From Propionibacteriaceae bacterium (lineage in GTDB: Bacteria > Actinomycetota > Actinomycetes > Propionibacteriales > Propionibacteriaceae), in the NCBI GenBank assembly GCA_905372155.1, contig CAJPNZ010000002.1, positions 22,955 to 86,954 on the forward strand: 64,000 bases of DNA, read 5' to 3'. Positions 10,144-20,727 of the stretch are shown piece by piece (position 1 is the first letter of the stretch; every line of letters starts with the position of its first letter). The notes beneath the pieces are model-generated. The model searched no databases. It saw only the letters and a list, made by a program, of their open reading frames with translations, and was not told the DNA's origin. The position numbers and the translations under genes are program-made.

Positions 10144-11379
10144 ATGGCACTGAAACGGCGAACCCTGATCCTCGCGGGCTTGGCAGCCGCAGCGGTAAGC
10201 GGCTGCTCGGCCGAACCCAGGGTGGAACTACTCAAGGGGACCGTCGCATACGTGGCACAGAATCCGGACCATCCCCTAGCCGGGGGTGCCGCTGCCGCCT
10301 CACAGCAGATCGGTTGGCGTCTGCTCGCGCAAGGCGACCGTACGGGAAACCAGCTGGTGTCCCCCGCCTCGTTGTGTGCCGCCCTGGCCCTGGTCGGTCT
10401 CGGGGCCTCGGGAGCCTCCGCGACGAGCTTGGACGAGTTGTTCGGGATGAACTCCGAGGACCGGGCAGCCGGCATAGGTGCCCTGCGGGCGGGCCTGACG
10501 GACTACGCCTCCCTGCCGGAGAGCATCGATGCGAAGAACCCGCCCGAGAAGCCGATCATCAATCTGGCATCGCGTCTCCTGATCTGCAGTGACGTCCAGC
10601 CCAAGTCTCCTTTCCTGGACGCCATCCGGAAACACTTCGACGCCTCGGTGGAGAAGGTGAAGAACTCCGAGGCCCAGGCCAGTCTGGATGCCTGGGCCAA
10701 GAAGAACACCGCTGGGCTGATCGAACAGTCAGGAATAGCGGTGGATCACAATACGGCGCTGGTGGCGCAGGATGCCCTGCTGTTCGCCTCCCGCTGGGAA
10801 ACGCAGTTCAAATCCGACGACGAGCCGCTCGCCTTCACCACCGGGAGCGGGGAGACCGTGGAGGTCAAGGCCCTGTCGGACAGCTTCTCCGTCCGGGCGG
10901 CCTCCGGACAGGGCTGGCAGGCCGTCCGGCTGCCCTACGACGAAAACCTCGCCATGGACGTCATTCTCCCGGACCAGGGAATCCATCCGTTGACGTGGGA
11001 CGCTAACGTGCTGCAGGAAACCCACGAAAAGTTGAGTGCGGCCCCCAAGGACAGAGTTGAGGTCACCATGCCCCCCGCCGACCTGGCCGTGAAACGCAAC
11101 CTCAAGGAGGAACTCACCCGCCTGGGGGTGGACCTCGATCATCTCGACGGCATCTTCGACGGCGCTGGAGCAAACCAGGCCGCCCAACAGGTGCGCCTCC
11201 AGGTGAATGCCAAGGGCACCGTCGGCGCAGCCCTGACGGAGGTCGAAATCCCTGTGAGCGCACCCGCGAACCCGCCGACCACGCTCGTGGTGGACCATCC
11301 CTACGTGATGCGGGTGCTGGATGTCCGCAAGGGCTGGCCGCTGTTCCTGGCCGTGATCTCGAATCCCGAGGCGAAATGA
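10144..11379 (+). CDS. Serpin-family lipoprotein
   Basis: Lipobox AVSGC; NQLVSPASL, FASRWETQF, VRLPY, MDVILP, hinge KGTVGAALT, VDHPYVM, LFLAVISNP. Confidence 0.9.
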   Translation: MALKRRTLILAGLAAAAVSGCSAEPRVELLKGTVAYVAQNPDHPLAGGAAAASQQIGWRLLAQGDRTGNQLVSPASLCAALALVGLGASGASATSLDELFGMNSEDRAAGIGALRAGLTDYASLPESIDAKNPPEKPIINLASRLLICSDVQPKSPFLDAIRKHFDASVEKVKNSEAQASLDAWAKKNTAGLIEQSGIAVDHNTALVAQDALLFASRWETQFKSDDEPLAFTTGSGETVEVKALSDSFSVRAASGQGWQAVRLPYDENLAMDVILPDQGIHPLTWDANVLQETHEKLSAAPKDRVEVTMPPADLAVKRNLKEELTRLGVDLDHLDGIFDGAGANQAAQQVRLQVNAKGTVGAALTEVEIPVSAPANPPTTLVVDHPYVMRVLDVRKGWPLFLAVISNPEAK

Positions 11380-11446
11380 CCCGGTACCGGAACCGTCTGA
11401 ACCACCCGGCGAACCGGATTCCAGCCGGAACCCGCCTCTGCCGTGA

Positions 11447-12556
11447 TCAGTTGCCCTGAGGTTGCTCCCCCAACCGGGCGGCGGCAGAGGCGATTCGCTC
11501 ATCCGTGGCGGTGAGGGCGACGCGAACGTGGGAGGCTCCGGAGGTTCCGTAGAAATCCCCCGGGGCGGCGAGAATCCCGCGCCGCGCTAGCCACGCGATG
11601 GTGTCCCGGCACGGTTCGCCGCGGGTGACCCACAGGTACAGCGACCCCTCGGAATCGTCCACCCGGAAGCCCGCAGCCTCCAGGGCGGGGCGGAGCACGG
11701 CCCGCCTGGCCAGGTAACGCCGCCGCTGCTCCTCCACGTGTTCTTGATCGGCCAGCACGGCCGTCAGGGCGGCCTGGATCGGGCCGGGAACCATCATGCC
11801 GAGGTGTTTACGGGCCTGCACCAGGTCCTGCACCACCACCGGATCGCCTGCGACGAACCCGGCGCGGTATCCGGCGGCATTCGAGCGTTTCGAAACGGAG
11901 TGCACCGCCAGCAACCCGGAGAGGTCGCCGTCGTTGACGCGCGGATCGAGGACACTGATGGCCTCTTTCTCCCAAGCGAACTCCCCGTAGCATTCGTCGC
12001 TGGCCAGCACGGCCCCCTCGCGGCGGGCAACCGCCACCCAGGAGCGCAGCTGCTCCGGGGCAAGGATGCGACCCGAGGGGTTGGCGGGCGAGTTCAACCA
12101 GACCAGCCTGGTTCCGGCCGGGATGGCGTCGGGATCGTCGCAGGCCACGGGCATGGCACCGGCAGCCCGGGCCCCCACCTCATAGGTCGGGTAGGCGATC
12201 CCGGGATGGACCACGACATCGCCTGCCCCCAGACCGAGGAAGGTGGGCAGCCAACCAACCAGTTCCTTCGTTCCGATCACGGGCAGCACGGACTCGTGCC
12301 GCAGGCCGCGCGCGTTCCATCGGCGTTCCAGGTAACCGACTATGCCGTCACGCAGCTCCGGGGTGCCCCACACCGTCGGGTACCCGTGGGCATCCGACGC
12401 GGCGGCCAGTGCCTCCTTGGCGATTTCCGGGGTGGGGTCCACCGGGGTTCCGACAGACAGGTCCACGATCCCACCCGGATGCTCACCGGCCACACGCCGG
12501 GCCTCCGCCAAGGAGTCCCAAGGGAAATCTGGCAATTGCTTTGCCAGAGACATCAT
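11447..12556 (-). CDS. dapC: Succinyldiaminopimelate transaminase
   Basis: LPDFPWD, DLSVGTPVDP, SDECY, SVSKRSNAAGYRAGF. Directly downstream of fdxA. Confidence 0.92.
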   Translation of the reverse strand: MMSLAKQLPDFPWDSLAEARRVAGEHPGGIVDLSVGTPVDPTPEIAKEALAAASDAHGYPTVWGTPELRDGIVGYLERRWNARGLRHESVLPVIGTKELVGWLPTFLGLGAGDVVVHPGIAYPTYEVGARAAGAMPVACDDPDAIPAGTRLVWLNSPANPSGRILAPEQLRSWVAVARREGAVLASDECYGEFAWEKEAISVLDPRVNDGDLSGLLAVHSVSKRSNAAGYRAGFVAGDPVVVQDLVQARKHLGMMVPGPIQAALTAVLADQEHVEEQRRRYLARRAVLRPALEAAGFRVDDSEGSLYLWVTRGEPCRDTIAWLARRGILAAPGDFYGTSGASHVRVALTATDERIASAAARLGEQPQGN

Positions 12557-12873
12557 TCGCCCTGCGGGGGAAGCTGTTCCACCGTCGGGTGGTCGTGGTC
12601 AACGGGACCCAGACGCGCGGCCCCGCCGGGTGAGCCGAGGTCTTCGAAGAACTGAGCGTTGATGTCGAGGTATTCCTCCTGATCCTCAGGCAGGTCGTCC
12701 TCGTAGTAGATGGCCTCCACCGGGCACACGGGTTCGCATGCCCCACAGTCCACACACTCCTCGGGGTGGATGTAGAGCATCCGGTTGCCCTCGTAGATGC
12801 AATCGACGGGACATTCCTCCACACAGGCCCTGTCCTTGACGTCGACACACGGCAGGGCAATGATGTAGGTCAC
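12553..12873 (-). CDS. fdxA: Ferredoxin FdxA
   Basis: CVDVKDRACVEECPVDCIY...CVDCGACEPVCPVEAI. Confidence 0.96.
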   Translation of the reverse strand: MTYIIALPCVDVKDRACVEECPVDCIYEGNRMLYIHPEECVDCGACEPVCPVEAIYYEDDLPEDQEEYLDINAQFFEDLGSPGGAARLGPVDHDHPTVEQLPPQGE

Positions 12874-12941
12874 TTCACTCCTTCTGGTTCTTCCGCGAGA
12901 AGCTTAGCGCGCGGCACCGGAATCGGTTGCCACCAACAGCT

Positions 12942-14678
12942 TCAGGAACCGCAGGTGACCTTGTCCCCCGCGGAGTAGGTCCACGAGTAGTCCTCGGTTT
13001 TTGCCACCTCTCCGTTCTTGTAGAACAACCGTTTCCAAGTGGCCGTGAAGCCCTGAATAGAATCTTGGGGCTCGCAGCCCGGGGTGTTCACGACACGCTC
13101 CCCGCCCGAGTGGTAGTTGGACTTCACCGGCTCCGTCGACTCCACCTTGTCCCATGTCGGACGAGACCAGATCCGGAAGGTGAGGCTTCCCTTGCTGCCC
13201 GACGTGGATGGGGTGTTCACCCCCTGGATGTAGGCCGGGTAGTCGGTGTTGTTCTTGAACTTCATGTCGAAGCTGCCGTAGTAGATGGTGGCCTCGCGAC
13301 CCGCCGGATAGCGCGGGAAATACAAACTGTGGGGTCGGTGCTCGACATCCTCGTAGCCGGCGAAGAAACCGGCGTTGTACATGGTGGTCGCAGCCTGGGA
13401 GATGCCGCCGCCGGATTCCTTGACCAGCAGGCCGCCGTTGATGACGTAGCCGTCGGTGAAACCGTTTGCCGGGGTACGGGGTCCCAGGGTGTCGTTGAGG
13501 CTGAACGTCTCGCCGGGCAGAAGCACCTTGCCGTTGATGAGCTCTGCCGCTCGTCCCAAATTCTTGTTCCGGTAATCAGCATGCGGATACTCGGTGGTGA
13601 ATTCCCCGATCACCTGGGTGGGTTTGAGGGCTTCCGCCCGTTCGGTGGAGAACTCTGCGGACCCGTCGATCACCTCGACGGTGGTGGTCCGGGCCTCACC
13701 GCTCTGGGTCGCGGCCTTGGCGACACCCTCCGCCAAGCCCTTCATGTCGAGCTGCTGGCCGCCCTCGGCGGGCACCACCTCGATGGTTTCACCCTTGAGG
13801 GTGTAGCTGGCGTTCTTGCCCGTCACCAGGCCGAGACCGGCGCGGGCCTCGGCGGTCACCTTCAGCAGCTGCTCCGGGTTGATGTGCGGGACCAGTTTGC
13901 CGTCCTCGGCCGCGAAGGTGGTGACCGCTGCGATCTGTTCCGGACTCACCTGGAAGCTCTTGTCGCGAACCTGCACCGTGACGGGGCCGGAGAGCGCCGG
14001 GGTCGCGAAGTTCGCAACCGCCTCGTCCACCATTGCCGACGTGACGGCGGGTGACTGCGCCTTCGTGACGGCCGCGACCTCGCGGGTACCCGATTTCATG
14101 GCCTCGGCGACCGATGCGCTGGTGGCGTCCACGTCCAGGACCGCCGAGTCGGTGGACTCGGTGCGGCTGATCGCGCCGTCCACGAAGGCGAGGGTGGCGT
14201 CAGTGCCCTCGACCGTGAAGGCCGGGGCATGGGTGGTCAGCGTCTCCTTGAGTTTCTCGGAATCGACGTTCTTCGGCAGCTCCGTCGGGCCGCCGCCCAA
14301 CAAGGTCTTGAACACGTCAATCGGATTCAGGCTCGCTCCCCCGGCCGCTTTCACGGCGCCTGCGTAGTCGACGCTCAAACCGCTGTCCAGAGGCGTGAAT
14401 TCAACGGCGTGCTCCTTGTCGTCGGTCACGGTCATCGCCGCCTCGTACCGAGCCCCCAACTCGGTGCGCAGCCGCTGCTCCGCATCGGCGGGATGCAGCC
14501 CGCCAATCGCCACCCCTTCAACCGTGGTGTTGACCGGCACCTTGTCACCAGCCATGAAATAGGCTGCCGCGTAGGCGCCGCCCAACAGCACGATGAGTCC
14601 GATGCCGCTGCCTATCAACCATTTCCTGCACCGCGATGGGGGTTTCTTGCTGGTCAACTCCGGTCCTTCTCTTGTCAC
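12942..14678 (-). CDS. VanW family protein with peptidoglycan-binding region
   Basis: N-terminal TM; PGETFSLNDTLG, GGGISQAATT, HRPHSLYFPRYPAGREATI. Confidence 0.9.
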   Translation of the reverse strand: MTREGPELTSKKPPSRCRKWLIGSGIGLIVLLGGAYAAAYFMAGDKVPVNTTVEGVAIGGLHPADAEQRLRTELGARYEAAMTVTDDKEHAVEFTPLDSGLSVDYAGAVKAAGGASLNPIDVFKTLLGGGPTELPKNVDSEKLKETLTTHAPAFTVEGTDATLAFVDGAISRTESTDSAVLDVDATSASVAEAMKSGTREVAAVTKAQSPAVTSAMVDEAVANFATPALSGPVTVQVRDKSFQVSPEQIAAVTTFAAEDGKLVPHINPEQLLKVTAEARAGLGLVTGKNASYTLKGETIEVVPAEGGQQLDMKGLAEGVAKAATQSGEARTTTVEVIDGSAEFSTERAEALKPTQVIGEFTTEYPHADYRNKNLGRAAELINGKVLLPGETFSLNDTLGPRTPANGFTDGYVINGGLLVKESGGGISQAATTMYNAGFFAGYEDVEHRPHSLYFPRYPAGREATIYYGSFDMKFKNNTDYPAYIQGVNTPSTSGSKGSLTFRIWSRPTWDKVESTEPVKSNYHSGGERVVNTPGCEPQDSIQGFTATWKRLFYKNGEVAKTEDYSWTYSAGDKVTCGS

Positions 14679-14756
14679 TGCTCATGGGGAATGAGCCCGC
14701 CCCATGGTACGCGAGTAGGCTGTCACGTTGGTCGGGGACCACAGGAGGGAGACGAC

Positions 14757-15977
14757 GTGGGGCTCAGGACACGGCTGAGAGCAACCGGGTTACCCCGCAC
14801 CGCATGGGTGCTGGCAACCACCACTTTTCTGGTCGCCGTCGGCTTCGGGGTCGTGATCCCGGTGCTGAGCCCCTTCGCACGCACCTTCGGGGCCGACAAC
14901 TTCCAGCTCGGGCTGGTGGTTTCCATGTTCGCCCTGATGCGGCTCGTCAGCAGCCCGTTCGTCACCCGGATCGGGCAGGCCATGGGGGAACGTAACGCGA
15001 TCACCCTGGGAATGGTCATCGTGGCCACCACCACCTTCGGGGTGGCGTTGTCCCCCAACCTGTCGTGGATGATAACGGTGCGGGCTCTCGGCGGAATCGG
15101 GTCCGCAATGTTCACCATCGCGGCCATGAACCTGCTGATCTCCACCACCCCACAGCACCTGAGGGGTCGCGCCTCAGGCCTGAACCAGGGCGGTTTCCTG
15201 CTCGGCAACATGGCCGGGCCCGCCATCGGGGGTCTGCTGGGTTCGATCTCCCTGCACGCGCCCTTCTACTTCTATTCCGGGATGTTGTTGGTGGCCGGGT
15301 TGTTCGCCCTACTGCTGCTCCCGGCCAGGTGTGATCCCTTGCCGACCGCCGCGAAGGAACCACGGACGCTCCGGGAGACGTCGCGGGACATCCGCTACCG
15401 GGCCGCCTGTCTTCTCGGATTCGCCCAGGGCTGGCAGTCGATCGGGGTGCGTTCTGCCCTGATCCCGGTGATCATCACCGAGGTGTACGCCCTGGAAACC
15501 GGCTGGACCGGGATGGCCTTCGCGATCGCGGCGATGTTCCAGGCCGCGGCACTGACCCCGGCGGGGCTGGCCACCGACCGAATCGGTCGCAAACCCGTCA
15601 TGGTGACGAGCGGATTGGTGTGTGGCCTGTCGGCCATCGCCATGCCCTTCGCACCCGGGATCTGGGTCCTCATCCCGCTGCTGTGCGTCTACGGGATCGG
15701 CGCCGCCATGCAGGGCACCGCGCCCGCTGCCGCTGTGGGCGACGCCTCGGGCGGACGTGGTGGCACCCCAGTTGCGGCCTACTCCATGATCGTCGATCTG
15801 GGGGCGATCATCGGGCCCGTCGCCGTCGGTCGCCTGGTGGACGTCACCAACTATCAGGTGGGTTTCGCCGTCGGTGGTGCGCTCCTGCTGCTGGGCAGTT
15901 TCACCGCGTCCCTGATCCCGCGGAAACTGGACCGGTCCTTCCTGAAGCCACCGGCTCCCGAGGGCGACGACGACTGA
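14757..15977 (+). CDS. MFS transporter
   Basis: About 12 hydrophobic segments and DRIGRKPV. GTG start at 14757 after the AGGAGG RBS. Confidence 0.88.
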   Translation: MGLRTRLRATGLPRTAWVLATTTFLVAVGFGVVIPVLSPFARTFGADNFQLGLVVSMFALMRLVSSPFVTRIGQAMGERNAITLGMVIVATTTFGVALSPNLSWMITVRALGGIGSAMFTIAAMNLLISTTPQHLRGRASGLNQGGFLLGNMAGPAIGGLLGSISLHAPFYFYSGMLLVAGLFALLLLPARCDPLPTAAKEPRTLRETSRDIRYRAACLLGFAQGWQSIGVRSALIPVIITEVYALETGWTGMAFAIAAMFQAAALTPAGLATDRIGRKPVMVTSGLVCGLSAIAMPFAPGIWVLIPLLCVYGIGAAMQGTAPAAAVGDASGGRGGTPVAAYSMIVDLGAIIGPVAVGRLVDVTNYQVGFAVGGALLLLGSFTASLIPRKLDRSFLKPPAPEGDDD

Positions 15978-15981
15978 GAGG

Positions 15982-16596
15982 TCAGTGCTCGAACTCGATC
16001 CCCAGGGCCTTCAGGAGAGGCCAGGATTCTGTCGGGCTCAGTTTCAGTCCCTTGGTTCGGTTCTCCCGGGGGTCGAACACGTAGCCGGAGGAGCCGACGA
16101 GACTGGCCCCGTCGAGATCGGTTCCGTGGAATCTGGTCCCCCGTAGGTCGCAGTCGTTCATCCCTGCGTTCGTGAGCCGGGCCTCGGAGAAATCCGCCTC
16201 GCGAATCGAGCAGTCGATGAAACGGCACCGCGCCAGATCCACCCCCACGAACCAGCAGAAGTCCATGCTGCAGCGCAGGAACTCCAACGGACGGGCAGCG
16301 AACCTGTTGACGTGTGACAGCGCCCAGTTGATCCCGGAGAGCTTCGTGCCGGTAAACCTGCACTCCCCCAGGCTGGTGTCCGTCAGATCCGCACCGGAGA
16401 AGTTGCAATCCTCGAAGCGACACTCGGTGAAGGACGCACCGACCAGGACCGCCCTTTCCAGGTTCACGCCCTTGAAAACGCAGTTCTCGAACTCGAAACC
16501 CCGCAGCCCGGCTCCGGGCAGGTTTCCCTCGATCGTGGCCCCGAACACCGGGCCCGGAGGGGAACCTGCCAGTTCCGCCAGGGACAGCGCGGGCAC
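15982..16596 (-). CDS. Pentapeptide repeat protein
   Basis: Repeating A/C-D/N-F/L-x-x units (CNFSG ADLTD, CRFTG, ADFSE ARLTN). Confidence 0.9.
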   Translation of the reverse strand: MPALSLAELAGSPPGPVFGATIEGNLPGAGLRGFEFENCVFKGVNLERAVLVGASFTECRFEDCNFSGADLTDTSLGECRFTGTKLSGINWALSHVNRFAARPLEFLRCSMDFCWFVGVDLARCRFIDCSIREADFSEARLTNAGMNDCDLRGTRFHGTDLDGASLVGSSGYVFDPRENRTKGLKLSPTESWPLLKALGIEFEH

Positions 16597-16600
16597 CGGG

Positions 16601-18286
16601 TCAGCGCACCTTGATGCGGAAGGGCAGGCTCAGCACGCCGTGGATCGGGAGCCCGACCAGGTCGGCGGCCCGCGTGAGCAGGTCGTCAGCCGTCGGGAGA
16701 GCGATCCGGGCGGACTCGGCGCGGTGTTCGCTGGAGCGTGCGGGGATGATCCTCTCCAGCACGGAGCCGGCCCCGATCCTGACCGAGGTGGCCTCCTCGG
16801 GGTCGATGTCCGCCAGCGCGCAGGCGCGCCGCCAGGCCAGGCGCCAGTCCCCGACGTGATCCACCAGTCCCCGCTCGCAGGCGTCGGAACCGCTCCACAC
16901 CCTGCCCCGGGCCAGCGATTCCAGGTGTTCGTGATCCATGGCGCGGTCCTGAGCGGCCAAGGTCGTGAACTGCCGGTAGATGCGGTCGAGTTCCGCGTTG
17001 AGGCGGTCCCAGTCCTCGGGGGAGAACTCCGTGGCCGAGCTGAGCATCCCCGAGGCCGACCCGATCCGGATCGGTTCCCGTTTCAGTCCCAGTTTCTCGT
17101 AGAGCTCACGGGTCACGAACTTGCCGGCCAGGACACCGATGGAACCCGTCAGCGTGGTCGCATGGGCGACGATCTCGTTGCAGGGCATCGAGACGTAGTA
17201 GCCGCCCGAGGCGGCCAGAGCTCCCATCCGAGCCACCACGGGACGACCGGACTCCCGTAGCCGCAGGACGCTTCGGCGGATGAAATCGGAGGCCACGGCC
17301 GACCCGCCGGGGCTGTCGACCTCGAACAGCACCGCTTTGATCTGATCGTCACGCAGGACCGTCCGGAGGTGCTCGTCCACCACATCGGCGCCGGCGCTGG
17401 GACCCGTGAAGGTTCCGGGACGTCCCCGGCCGGTCTCGATGGGACCGCGCAGGCTGACGACCGCGACCTTCGGTCGGTCCCTCCGGAAAGCTCCCGCAAG
17501 GTTGGGGCGTGGCTGGTAGCGGGACGCGTAGAGCAGTTCCTCGGGTTTCGCAGCCCATTCGGCGAGTGCCTTGGCGTAGGCCTCGTCGCGGTAGCCGATC
17601 TCGTCGATGAGGCCCATTTCCTTGGCCCGTTCCGGCACCACCGGGGAGCTGTTGACGGCTTCCCACACGGTCTCCAGTGCCGCTCCTCGGCGCCTGGCGA
17701 TGACCGCCACGGTGTCGTCCACGGCGGACTGGGCCAGACGGTGGGTCATCTCCCGGTTGGCCTCGGTGATCTCGGGCGCCGCGAACTGATCCGCTGCGGT
17801 CTTGTACTCGTGACGCTGTCCGAACTGCGGGGTGACCCCGGCCTTCTCCAACAGCCCGCGGAAGAGGGTGATGTCGACCTCGACGCCGCCGATGCCGAGT
17901 ACGCCGGTGGGTTGGAGCCAGACGGTGCGACATGCCGTGGCGAGTTTGTAGGCGGCCAAGGAGTTGCCGAGTTCCCCGAACGACTCGGCCCACGCCATGG
18001 TCGGCCGTCTCGCCCCGAAGGCCTCGATCAGGTGGGCGATCTCGTCCATCACCGTCATCGGCTGACCGCAGTCCACGGCGTGAACGATCAGCCCGGCGAC
18101 ACGCTCATCCTTGACCGCTTCCGTGAGGTGTCCGCGAAGGTCGCTGATCGCAGTCGCGCCCACCGCCTGAAGCATCTGTAGGGGGTTCCGCGGGAAGGTC
18201 TCCAGCACGCCCCGGGCCAGGTCGAGTTCGAGCACGATGCGCCGGGTGGGGCGGGGCAACTTGTCGAGGAAGGACTTGAGCACCAT
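16601..18286 (-). CDS. sppA: Signal peptide peptidase SppA
   Basis: Two S49 domains; EYKTAAD, VDSPGGS, AASGGYY, TGSIGV, GRVWSG. Confidence 0.92.
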   Translation of the reverse strand: MVLKSFLDKLPRPTRRIVLELDLARGVLETFPRNPLQMLQAVGATAISDLRGHLTEAVKDERVAGLIVHAVDCGQPMTVMDEIAHLIEAFGARRPTMAWAESFGELGNSLAAYKLATACRTVWLQPTGVLGIGGVEVDITLFRGLLEKAGVTPQFGQRHEYKTAADQFAAPEITEANREMTHRLAQSAVDDTVAVIARRRGAALETVWEAVNSSPVVPERAKEMGLIDEIGYRDEAYAKALAEWAAKPEELLYASRYQPRPNLAGAFRRDRPKVAVVSLRGPIETGRGRPGTFTGPSAGADVVDEHLRTVLRDDQIKAVLFEVDSPGGSAVASDFIRRSVLRLRESGRPVVARMGALAASGGYYVSMPCNEIVAHATTLTGSIGVLAGKFVTRELYEKLGLKREPIRIGSASGMLSSATEFSPEDWDRLNAELDRIYRQFTTLAAQDRAMDHEHLESLARGRVWSGSDACERGLVDHVGDWRLAWRRACALADIDPEEATSVRIGAGSVLERIIPARSSEHRAESARIALPTADDLLTRAADLVGLPIHGVLSLPFRIKVR

Positions 18287-18345
18287 GCGGCAAGCCTACC
18301 GACAGCCACCAACACCCCGCCCGGGAAGCGGGTTCGCAGCAGTTC

Positions 18346-20400
18346 TCAGAGCACGGAACGGGCCGTCTTGATCACGTTGTCGACCGTGAACCCGTACTCC
18401 TCGAAGCACTTCGATCCGGCGGCCGACGCACCGAAACATTCGATACTGATGCTGGCCCCGGCATCTCCGACGTACCTGCCCCATCCCATGGCGATGCCGG
18501 CCTCGATGGAGACCCGGGCCTTCACGTCCTTGGGCAACACCGACTCGCAGTATTCGGGGCCCTGTTCGTCGAACCATTCCATGCAGGGCATGGACACCAC
18601 GCGGGTGGGGACGTTGTCCTCCTCCAGCTTCGCAGCGGCCTCAAGGGCCAGGGCGACCTCGGAACCGGAAGCGATCAGGATCAGCCTCGGCTTTTCGGAG
18701 GCCTCCTTCAACACGTAGCCACCACGAGCGACCCCTTCGGCGGAGGAGTACTCGTCGCCACGGGCCACGATGCGCAGGTCCTGGCGGGACAGGATGATCC
18801 CCGCGGGGCGATCGGTGCGGCGCAGGATCTCGCCCCACGCGACGGAGGTCTCGTTGGCGTCCGCGGGACGAACCACGTCCAGATGGGGGATGGCCCGCAG
18901 CGATGCGAGGTGTTCCACGGGCTGATGGGTGGGGCCGTCCTCGCCGACCCCGATGGAATCGTGGCTCCACACGAAGATGGAGGGCAGGTTCATCAGGGCC
19001 GCCAACCGAACCGCGGGACGCATGTAGTCCGCGAACACCATGAACGTGCCGCCGTAGGCCCGGGTCAGGCCCGACAGGACGATGCCGTTGATGATGCCCC
19101 CCATCGCGTGTTCGCGGATTCCGAAGTGGATGGTGCGCCCGTAGGGATTTCCGGGCCAGTCCTCCGTCTGCCGCGCATCGGGCAGGAAACTTGGTTCATC
19201 CTTCATGGTGGTGTTGTTGGAGCCCGCGAGGTCGGCGGAACCACCCCACAGCTCCGGCAGCTGAGGCGCCAGCGCGGACAGCACCTCCCCGGATGCCTTG
19301 CGGGTGGACATCATGCCCTCCTCGAAGACCGGGAGCTTCAGATCGGCCGGGAGCTTGCGGGAGCGAACCCGTTCCAGCAGGACAGCGCGCTTCGGATTGT
19401 TGGCCTTCCACGCCTCGAACCTCTCGTCCCATTCGGCACGCTCCACCTTGCCACGGGACGCGGCGTTGGCCCGGGCGTGGGCGACGGCCTCCTCATCGAC
19501 CGCGAACGGCTCGGCGGGAAAACCGAGTTTCTCCTTGAGGGCGGCGATCTCCTCGGCCCCAATCCTGGAACCGTGGATGGCATGGTTCCCGGCTTTGGTG
19601 GGCAGCGGCCAGCCGATGATGGTGTCGAGTTTGATGATCGAGGGTTTGTCCCTGACGGCCTTGGCCGCCCGGATGGCCGAAAGCAGCGCGTCGAGGTCCT
19701 CCTCGTACCCGGTTCCGCCGTTGGTCCAGTCAACCTCCTGAGTGTGCCAACCGAGCGCGTCGTAACGTCCCAGGACGTCCTCGGTGAAGGCGATGTGGGT
19801 GTCACCCTCGATGGTGATTCGGTTGGCGTCATAGATCACGATGAGGTTGCCCAGATCCTGGGTGGCCGCCAACGACGAGGCCTCCGCGGCCACACCCTCC
19901 TGGAGACAGCCGTCGCCGACAAGGCAGTAGACGAAGTGGTCGAAGACAGACTTGCCCTCGGGTGCGTCCGGATCGAACAGGCCGCGTTCCCTGCGCGCGG
20001 CCATCGCCATGCCGACTGCGTTGCTGATGCCCGCGCCGAGGGGCCCGGTGGTGCACTCGACGAACCGGGTGTGGCCGTACTCGGGATGCCCCGCGCACTT
20101 GGATCCCCAGGTTCGCAGCGACTTCAGGTCCTCGAGCTCGAGGTTGGCACCGGCCAGGTAGAGCTGACAGTACTGGGCCAGGGAGGCATGACCGATCGAC
20201 AGGACGAAACGATCGCGGCCGAGCCATTTGTCGTCGGTCGGATCCACCTTCATGATCTTCTGGTAGAGCAGGTAGACCACGGAGGCCAGTGAGATCGGGG
20301 TTCCGGGGTGGCCGTTGCCGACCTTCTCCACAGCATCGGCGGCGAGAATCCTCGCCGTGTCAACGGCTCGGGTGTCCAGTTCGGTCCAGTCGAGGGTCAT
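18346..20400 (-). CDS. tkt: Transketolase
   Basis: GNGHPG, RDRFVLSIGH, TTGPLG, GDGCLQEG, GEDGPTHQPVE. Start at ATG 20400. Confidence 0.97.
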   Translation of the reverse strand: MTLDWTELDTRAVDTARILAADAVEKVGNGHPGTPISLASVVYLLYQKIMKVDPTDDKWLGRDRFVLSIGHASLAQYCQLYLAGANLELEDLKSLRTWGSKCAGHPEYGHTRFVECTTGPLGAGISNAVGMAMAARRERGLFDPDAPEGKSVFDHFVYCLVGDGCLQEGVAAEASSLAATQDLGNLIVIYDANRITIEGDTHIAFTEDVLGRYDALGWHTQEVDWTNGGTGYEEDLDALLSAIRAAKAVRDKPSIIKLDTIIGWPLPTKAGNHAIHGSRIGAEEIAALKEKLGFPAEPFAVDEEAVAHARANAASRGKVERAEWDERFEAWKANNPKRAVLLERVRSRKLPADLKLPVFEEGMMSTRKASGEVLSALAPQLPELWGGSADLAGSNNTTMKDEPSFLPDARQTEDWPGNPYGRTIHFGIREHAMGGIINGIVLSGLTRAYGGTFMVFADYMRPAVRLAALMNLPSIFVWSHDSIGVGEDGPTHQPVEHLASLRAIPHLDVVRPADANETSVAWGEILRRTDRPAGIILSRQDLRIVARGDEYSSAEGVARGGYVLKEASEKPRLILIASGSEVALALEAAAKLEEDNVPTRVVSMPCMEWFDEQGPEYCESVLPKDVKARVSIEAGIAMGWGRYVGDAGASISIECFGASAAGSKCFEEYGFTVDNVIKTARSVL

Positions 20401-20487
20401 GTTCCGTCCTTTGAGCTCCTGAGGAACGGGGCAACTGCGCCCGCAGCCCCACACTATCGGATTGTTAACGTGAACACCTGCGTTGAA

Positions 20488-20727
20488 TCAGGTTTCTGTG
20501 ACGTTGATGGAGAGCCCTGTCCACTGGGGTAGCGAGGTCAACGAGGCCCCTTGCCCTGCATCGGTCTCGGCCTCCGGGGAAACCGTCCCGGGAACCGATC
20601 CGGGCGTTATGGGGCGGATGGTCTCCCCCAGCGCCTCACGGACGAGGCGTCCGAGGTCAGAGCCACCTTCGGAATCGTGGGTGCGGATCTCAGCCATGGC
20701 CCGGAGTTTACTGGGGGTCTCCGACAA
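20488..20727 (-). CDS. Small hypothetical protein
   Basis: ORF abuts the stop of the phosphoribosyltransferase gene; no recognisable motif. Confidence 0.35.
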   Translation of the reverse strand: MSETPSKLRAMAEIRTHDSEGGSDLGRLVREALGETIRPITPGSVPGTVSPEAETDAGQGASLTSLPQWTGLSINVTET

